Source: a virus
DNA length: 64,000 nt
Reading direction: 5' to 3' (one strand)
IMG/VR virus record: IMGVR_UViG_3300032323_001070
Span: 1 to 64,000 of that record
In this document: positions 57,972 to 64,000 of the stretch, one piece after another
How positions within the stretch are numbered: the stretch's first letter is position 1
How the letters are laid out: the number at the start of each line of letters is the position of its first letter
Made by a program: the position numbers and the translations under genes
The notes under the pieces: generated by a model
The model's input: the letters and a program-made list of their open reading frames with translations, nothing else
Database searches by the model: none
Told to the model about the DNA's origin: nothing

Positions 57972-59063
57972 ATGAAATTATTATTAAACAATAAAGAAAT
58001 CGCTGCCTTTTTAGTAACACAACTAGATGTGTATAGTTGCTGTGAAAAAATAGAGTTCGAAGAAATAGACATGACTAATGTTAGGGTATTCATAGAACAT
58101 GAAACTGCTAGAATAACCTATAACATCGACGATATGCGAGAATCTTTTAAAAAGAAAATAGGCAAGGCTGTGAGAAAAGATTTGAATCGATGGGTAAATG
58201 CTGTCAAAAATCAAATAGAAACCGTTAGAAAAGATTATAGATTATTAATTAACAGTCACACTGATTACTTTATAGAAAAGTTAGGTGAGAAGAATATATT
58301 AGAAGCCTACAGAAACAGCGAAGTTCACAATTTCGTTAAGAGTGTAGGTCTGCATATTGATCCTTCTGCAGAATTAATAAGAAGAAACGATTTCACCTCA
58401 GTCTCAGAAGATTGTGTCTTTCGCAATACCATAGGAAACGAACAGTTAATCATATCTAAGATCGATAACAATTATCCTTTCTGGTTTATAGATAGTGGAT
58501 ATACTAATTTTATAGAAAATAATAAAAAATGGCATAGGTTAGTTCGCAACCATATCCATTTTCATAAAGACTTTGAAGCCCCTGTTGATCGTTTAGGCGT
58601 TTTTACAGAATTTCCTAAACAGTGGCGCACTGACGGTGATAAAATTCTAATAATCGAGCCTGGTCCGTTTGCAGCAGGTATAAGTCGCATAGATTTAAAG
58701 ACTTGGAAGTATCATATAGAAGCAGAGCTAAGAAAATTTACAGATAAAAAAATCGTGTTCAGAGAAAAGGCTCCTAAAAAACAAAGAGATCCGTTATATA
58801 AACATCTACTAGATGAAGATTACTATTGTCTGGTTAATATTAATTCAAATGCTGCTACAGAAGCAGTATGGGCCGGTGTTCCTGTGATAACATTAGACAA
58901 GCATGTGACAAATAGTATAGCCAGAAGTAAATTGTCGGATATAAATGATCTGTTAAGACCTAATTTAGCCAATTGGCTTTGTATGCTGAGCTACAGTCAA
59001 TTTACCTACGACGAATTAATCAACGGAACTGCTGTAAAACTCGTTAATCAATACCATGTCTAA
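57972..59063 (+). CDS. Capsule-synthesis-like GT-B transferase, paralog 3 (N-terminal extension)
   Basis: FIDSGY, NINSNAATEA..AGVP, LSYSQFT.DEL.NG.A. Confidence 0.65.
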   Translation: MKLLLNNKEIAAFLVTQLDVYSCCEKIEFEEIDMTNVRVFIEHETARITYNIDDMRESFKKKIGKAVRKDLNRWVNAVKNQIETVRKDYRLLINSHTDYFIEKLGEKNILEAYRNSEVHNFVKSVGLHIDPSAELIRRNDFTSVSEDCVFRNTIGNEQLIISKIDNNYPFWFIDSGYTNFIENNKKWHRLVRNHIHFHKDFEAPVDRLGVFTEFPKQWRTDGDKILIIEPGPFAAGISRIDLKTWKYHIEAELRKFTDKKIVFREKAPKKQRDPLYKHLLDEDYYCLVNINSNAATEAVWAGVPVITLDKHVTNSIARSKLSDINDLLRPNLANWLCMLSYSQFTYDELINGTAVKLVNQYHV

Positions 59064-59982
59064 GTTAACCGCAGTCGCATATTTCAAAGGTATTCCTCCT
59101 AATAACAAAAATATGGAGAAACCTATGATACTGAATAATTTCTTACAGGGAGTAAGGCAGCTAGGCGACATTGCTATCAATAATCAAGAAATGAAGGTTA
59201 TCCCCTGCGATGTTGCTCTGATACAGGGGTTTGTACACGACGACGGAAAACAATTACCTCATCTAGAGTTAAGAAAACAGGCAATAACTCAACAAAGAAA
59301 CAGTGGCAAGAGAAGTTTAATCGTTGACAGTAATTTGTTTTTATATGCTGATCCAGGAAATACAAAAACATACCTTCGATACAGTTTTGACGGAGTATTT
59401 CCTACTACAGGATTTTATTTTGATACAGATGTTGATCCTAATCGATGGAAAAAAATCAGTAAGGACCTAGGATTAACCTTGAAGCCTTATCGATCAGATG
59501 GAGATCACATTTTAATCTGCTTACAAAGACACGGCGGCTGGAGTATGGGTGGTCTTAGTACTTTAGAATGGTTAGATCATACTATCAATAAGATAAGAGA
59601 ACAAACTTTAAAGAGACCAATCATAGTTAGAGCACATCCCGGCGATCGCAGAATAAAATCAATGCTAAGTTTAAATTATAAAAATGTTTTTCTCAGCGAA
59701 AAAGAAAAATTAGTAGATGATCTCAAAGGAGCATGGGCCAGTGTGGTCTATAATAGCAGTCCTAGTGTGGCTAGTCTTATCGAAGGTATACCTACGTTCG
59801 TAACAGACCCAACACCCCAACACAGTCAAAGTTTTGGAGTCGCTAACACTGACCTTTCTCAGATAACTCAACCTCAACTACCTGATAGACAACAGTGGAT
59901 TGAAAAAGTTTCGATGTGTCACTGGAATTTTGATGAGCTTAAATCTGGTGAGGCCTGGCAGTTTTTTAAAAAATATGTTTAA
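59056..59982 (+). CDS. Capsule-synthesis-like GT-B transferase, paralog 4
   Basis: ICLQ, IVRAHPG, YNSSPSVAS.IEGIP, DRQQW...W..DELKSG.AW. Confidence 0.65.
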   Translation: MSKLTAVAYFKGIPPNNKNMEKPMILNNFLQGVRQLGDIAINNQEMKVIPCDVALIQGFVHDDGKQLPHLELRKQAITQQRNSGKRSLIVDSNLFLYADPGNTKTYLRYSFDGVFPTTGFYFDTDVDPNRWKKISKDLGLTLKPYRSDGDHILICLQRHGGWSMGGLSTLEWLDHTINKIREQTLKRPIIVRAHPGDRRIKSMLSLNYKNVFLSEKEKLVDDLKGAWASVVYNSSPSVASLIEGIPTFVTDPTPQHSQSFGVANTDLSQITQPQLPDRQQWIEKVSMCHWNFDELKSGEAWQFFKKYV

Positions 59983-60824
59983 GCAAACTGCTGCCAGTAC
60001 GGTTCTGTTCTAACTACCTTAAGATCTTCTCGTTTACTTCTACCGGCAAATTTTCTGTCACCTTTTAAGTGATCTAACCATGCTCCCCATTCGCTATTAA
60101 TCAATGGATGGCCTTCTCCTACACTGTTTCCGACTCCGGGTCGTAGATCCCCGAGAGTTTCACTCCAACTCAGCTGATTAAGAAATGGCATCTTGACTCT
60201 GACAGCATCAAATACGAAGCTATCGTGCCACTCGTCTAATAAAAATATGCCACCTTCGGCTTTATCGTACATTCTTTGGAATTCCATCAAGAACATCTTG
60301 GTCTGCTCAGTTCTTAAATTCATAGAATAGAGGCCACACTCTGAAAATTTACCTTTCCTGCCGAGGTAGCAGAGATCTTTTTCACCGGGTATCATCCTTT
60401 GAAGGTCTGTCAACGTAATAGGGCTGTGGCAAATGGTGTCAGCGTCCATCCATAACAAAATATCGGCATCACAGTTCTTGGCACAATGAAAAATTGAGTA
60501 AACTTTATGACTAAATCTCACGGCATCCCACTTGAAGCCCTTGCCAGCATCTCTTCTACGGCTGCGTATCGGATCGCTTCTAACATCTCCGTTGGCCTTA
60601 GGAACACCCTTCCACTTATTTTTAAAATTTACCAAATCTTGACTGACTGCGTGGAGGTCTAGTACTACAAGATTGTCGCCTTTTTCTGAAACAGTAACAT
60701 CTTCACCGTAGACATACAGTGTTACTTCTTTAGGCCATGTTTTTAGAAAGGTTTCTATCATCCTTTTTCCATACATCTCATAGCCCTTCTTGTGAAATGT
60801 CGTAACCACTGAATATTTTGTCAT
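59979..60824 (-). CDS. GT-A glycosyltransferase-like protein
   Basis: WDAVRFSHKV, WMDAD (DxD), SECG, EWHDSFVFD, DHLKG; ATGA-coupled start at 60824. Confidence 0.7.
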   Translation of the reverse strand: MTKYSVVTTFHKKGYEMYGKRMIETFLKTWPKEVTLYVYGEDVTVSEKGDNLVVLDLHAVSQDLVNFKNKWKGVPKANGDVRSDPIRSRRRDAGKGFKWDAVRFSHKVYSIFHCAKNCDADILLWMDADTICHSPITLTDLQRMIPGEKDLCYLGRKGKFSECGLYSMNLRTEQTKMFLMEFQRMYDKAEGGIFLLDEWHDSFVFDAVRVKMPFLNQLSWSETLGDLRPGVGNSVGEGHPLINSEWGAWLDHLKGDRKFAGRSKREDLKVVRTEPYWQQFA

Positions 60825-61216
60825 TTTTTCTTCCATATTTGATAACCTTTAGAGATGTCAGTTATAACATACTGACAACTTTTTAAGAAATCTGAAAATT
60901 CTTTATCAATATAATTTTCAGTATAAATCATAAGTGTTGGTTTTTGTTTAATTAACAATCTTTCCACTAATCTTAGATTTTTAATGCCGTCGACGTCAGT
61001 AAATATTAGATTAAACTTTGGCAAGTTTATTAATTCATCAAAAAACTCCTGATAGACGATATTTTTTCTTTTTACAATAACGTTATGTTCCTTGTAGACA
61101 AAAACTGTGCCAAAAATATTGGAAAAATCTTCGAGAAGATCCGCTGCTGAGTTTAAAACTAAGCAGGAGTCTACACCGTCGGCAGTTTTTGTAATTCTTT
61201 TATAGAACTTGTTCAT
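60821..61216 (-). CDS. Hypothetical protein (possibly a degenerate methyltransferase fold)
   Basis: 131 aa, AT-rich; minus-strand TAAATA at 61241-61236. Confidence 0.55.
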   Translation of the reverse strand: MNKFYKRITKTADGVDSCLVLNSAADLLEDFSNIFGTVFVYKEHNVIVKRKNIVYQEFFDELINLPKFNLIFTDVDGIKNLRLVERLLIKQKPTLMIYTENYIDKEFSDFLKSCQYVITDISKGYQIWKKK

Positions 61217-61252
61217 TTTAGATTAAATACTATGATATTTATTGAGTAAAAT

Positions 61253-62113
61253 ATGAGATACAAACTTTATAGGTCCAACGGCGCACTAAACAGTGGCCCA
61301 GTCTTTGACGCATTTGAACAGGGTATCCGTAGCATCAAAGAATACCCAGTGTCCGATAGCGAGGATGTGGCAGTTATTTGGTCAGTGCTATGGAACGGCC
61401 GGATGCAGGCCAATCAACATATCTTTTATTCTTTCCAGAATAAGAAAAAACCTGTGGTAATCATAGAGGTTGGTAATCTCATCAGAAACAAGACCTGGAG
61501 GATATCACTTGACAATATCAATAGTCTTGGATATTTTGCCAATGACAGCGATCTGGATAAAAGCAGACCAAAACAACTAGGTATCAAGCTCAAAGATACT
61601 AACCCCAACAGACGTCCGGAGATATTGATAGCTGCTCAACATCAGAATAGTTTACAGTGGCAAGGTATGCCTCCTATGGTAGACTGGGTTAAGCAAACCA
61701 TCGATAAAATAAGGCAGTACACTGACAGAGGAATAGTGGTTCGACCACATCCTCGTTCACCATTTACTCTAAACATACCCGGAGTTAGTGTAGAAACTCC
61801 TCAAAAAATCAGAGACAGCTACGATGATTTTGACATAGATTATAACTACCATTGTGTTGTTAATCACAACAGCGGTCCTGCTGTTCAAGCAGCCATTCAA
61901 GGCGTTCCTGTGATCTGTGACTCGTCTAGCCTTGCTGGAGAATTAAGTGGAACCTTTGAAAATATTGAAAACATTCAATTGCCTGATAGAAAAGATTGGT
62001 TGATTAAACTAGCCCATACTGAATGGACTGTAGAAGAAATAGCCCAGGGTATTCCACTCAAGAGATTGAAACCTAAACTTAACCAACTTGTAGCAAATTC
62101 CTTGCTTTCTTAA
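61253..62113 (+). CDS. Capsule-synthesis-like GT-B transferase, paralog 5
   Basis: IAAQ, VVRPHPR, NHNSGPAVQAAIQGVP, DR..W...LAHTEWT.EEI..G. Confidence 0.65.
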   Translation: MRYKLYRSNGALNSGPVFDAFEQGIRSIKEYPVSDSEDVAVIWSVLWNGRMQANQHIFYSFQNKKKPVVIIEVGNLIRNKTWRISLDNINSLGYFANDSDLDKSRPKQLGIKLKDTNPNRRPEILIAAQHQNSLQWQGMPPMVDWVKQTIDKIRQYTDRGIVVRPHPRSPFTLNIPGVSVETPQKIRDSYDDFDIDYNYHCVVNHNSGPAVQAAIQGVPVICDSSSLAGELSGTFENIENIQLPDRKDWLIKLAHTEWTVEEIAQGIPLKRLKPKLNQLVANSLLS

Positions 62114-62139
62114 GTATGAATGTGTTAAAATTAACACAT
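62102..62139 (+). promoter_or_regulatory. Sigma70-like promoter overlapped by a perfect inverted repeat
   Basis: TTGCTT-N18-TAAAAT with extended TG; atgtgttaa-aa-ttaacacat at 62120-62139. Confidence 0.55.
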
Positions 62140-63331
62140 GCCGAACCATCTTTATTTCGAAGACGCCTTTGTGGAATTTTATTCACATGTAATGTATGGA
62201 AAAATTCCACTGCAATATCAGGATCAGCATCCCTGTGATAATTTTTACAATTTAATCACTGACAAAAAACAGTTGACCGAAAATCAAGGTCGGTTCATCG
62301 TCAAGATTTTAGAAAAATATAAGAAATTTTCTTCGAACCTCGGTCTTCGGTATCAACACCTACTAGACAACCCCAAGTGGAAAAATACGTTCCGGATCAT
62401 TGATACTTCTAAAAAGATTTTCATCGAAAACGATGATCAAAATAACCTCTGGATCAACGCAAAATTTCCGTATGCTTTGAAAGATATCTTTCAAAAAGAA
62501 ATTGTTGATCCTAGTGGATTAACTGGTAGTCATTGGGATCCTGAATCTAAAGTAAGAAGGATTCCTTTCAGAAATTGCAACATTATACACATTTATGAAT
62601 TTGCTATAAAACATGGTTTTGAGGTGGATGATTCGGTATTAACTGCCATGAGCGAGGTGGAAGAGATTTGGAACAATGCACATGATGTTGTTCCATATTC
62701 AAAAATAATCGATGACAAAGTCTATCTCATAAACGCCAACGAAGATGTAGAAGCATGGTGGTCTGAGAATTCAACAGGCACTATTCAACAAGACATGTTT
62801 TTGGCAAAAACTGCTGGATTTCCTCTACAAATTGAAGAACAGGATCACAGCGACATTCTGGAACGCATTTCAACTTCAGAAGAAACTCATTTCTGGATCA
62901 AAGACAACGATCAGTTTTTTAATCTGTACAATACCCTAGGTGGAAAGTGTGCTGTGGTATTAGATAGAAACTGTGATGTCAAAGAATGGATCGGCGATTT
63001 TGTAAATTCTGCTGAAAAAAACCAGATCAATCGAAACCTTATAAAAGTCTGTTTTAGAGAATCTCAAGAAGATAAATCAGGTTTCAATGATTGGATCAAA
63101 CAAAACAATTTGGGCGGTACGTTAGAAAATGCTGATATCTTTATTTTTCAACATAAGCCTCCCAAGTGGTTGTTCAAAGATAATATTTCTGTTAAAATAG
63201 TAGTTACGAATGGTTTATATCCTTCTACGAGTAATTTAACACAGGCATTAACAGAGTCACATCCCTGTGTGATACACCTTGGAAATATAAAGCCATCGGC
63301 ACAAAGGAAAATAACAATTGTCGACTTGTAA
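62138..63331 (+). CDS. Hypothetical protein upstream of the helicase
   Basis: 397-aa ORF. Confidence 0.75.
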   Translation: MPNHLYFEDAFVEFYSHVMYGKIPLQYQDQHPCDNFYNLITDKKQLTENQGRFIVKILEKYKKFSSNLGLRYQHLLDNPKWKNTFRIIDTSKKIFIENDDQNNLWINAKFPYALKDIFQKEIVDPSGLTGSHWDPESKVRRIPFRNCNIIHIYEFAIKHGFEVDDSVLTAMSEVEEIWNNAHDVVPYSKIIDDKVYLINANEDVEAWWSENSTGTIQQDMFLAKTAGFPLQIEEQDHSDILERISTSEETHFWIKDNDQFFNLYNTLGGKCAVVLDRNCDVKEWIGDFVNSAEKNQINRNLIKVCFRESQEDKSGFNDWIKQNNLGGTLENADIFIFQHKPPKWLFKDNISVKIVVTNGLYPSTSNLTQALTESHPCVIHLGNIKPSAQRKITIVDL

Positions 63332-64000
63332 ATTAACAATCAAGGATGAAGTTAATATAAAATTTGATGGATTGGCTGTTGAAACTAGAAGAAAAATAGT
63401 CAACAAATTAAAATACGATCTTCCCTATGCACGACATATGCCTGCTTACAAATTAGGCAGATGGGACGGAACAAAAACTTTCTTCGGCATCGGCGGCACT
63501 GGATATCTAGCACATCTCGATGTGATTCTTCCTATAGTTGAAGAATCAGGATATGAAATAGAAGTTGAAGATCTTCGACAATTCCGTGATTTTAAATTTT
63601 CTCCAGTAACTGAAAACTATTGGGCTGATCAAGGCAAGACATGGCCCAAGGGTCATCCGGCCGCAGGGCAACCTATCGTACTTCGAGATTATCAGTACGA
63701 TGTGATCAATAAGTTTTTAGAAAATCCACAGAGCCTACAAGAAGTGGCCACAGGCGCAGGTAAAACGATTACTACCGCTACATTAAGTCATCTCTGCGAA
63801 CCTTATGGTCGCACTATGGTTGTTGTTCCAAACAAATCTTTAGTGGTGCAAACTGAAGAAGATTATAAAAACTTAGGCTTGGATGTTGGCGTATACTTCG
63901 GTGATCGTAAAGAACTAAATCGCACACATACTATCTGCACTTGGCAGAGTCTTAACGTCTTAGATAAGAAAAGTTATGATGATGATACGTTGACACTGGC
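63318..64000 (+). CDS. uvsW: SF2 DNA helicase UvsW (5' part, runs off the window; absent from the ORF track)
   Basis: TTG start after AAGGA; MSTCKLTIKDEVN...PAYKLGRWDG...LRDYQ...ATGAGKT...VPNKSLV.QT...CTWQSL. Confidence 0.9.
   Translation, partial: MSTCKLTIKDEVNIKFDGLAVETRRKIVNKLKYDLPYARHMPAYKLGRWDGTKTFFGIGGTGYLAHLDVILPIVEESGYEIEVEDLRQFRDFKFSPVTENYWADQGKTWPKGHPAAGQPIVLRDYQYDVINKFLENPQSLQEVATGAGKTITTATLSHLCEPYGRTMVVVPNKSLVVQTEEDYKNLGLDVGVYFGDRKELNRTHTICTWQSLNVLDKKSYDDDTLTL

Noticed and set aside
1-64000. Alternative genetic code (stop-codon reassignment)
   Set aside because: Core genes are full length in the standard code, and TAA, TGA and TAG do not interrupt conserved domains.

Overview
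A 64-kb segment of a large T4-like (myovirus) bacteriophage genome in the standard genetic code, almost entirely late/morphogenesis genes in a rearranged order. It carries predicted head-internal proteins, a gp26-like tail/baseplate assembly gene divergent from a tape measure protein with a GH19 lytic domain, portal-protease-scaffold-major capsid, ~19 kb of virion fibre/adhesin genes (up to 2698 aa), neck gp13/14/15, dNMP kinase, sheath, tube, gp4, terminase, gp32-uvsX-uvsY, an ~8-kb glycan-biosynthesis cluster and the start of uvsW. No tRNA, rRNA, CRISPR, integrase or RT was seen. Standout observations: (1) a ~470-nt densely base-paired noncoding region with a pseudoknot directly after a probable GIY-YIG/Seg-like gene; (2) a clean -1 frameshift site (U UUU UUC plus hairpin) fusing the gp26-like gene to the orphan ORF downstream; (3) a late-promoter-driven glycosyltransferase island plus a Maf/DUF115-like gene inside the capsid operon, suggesting virion glycosylation; (4) systematic TAAATA-N4/5-ATG architecture implying leaderless late mRNAs; (5) two phycobiliprotein-like KCxRDxxY motifs inserted in the giant fibre protein. 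All product calls come from motif recognition and synteny, not database searches.
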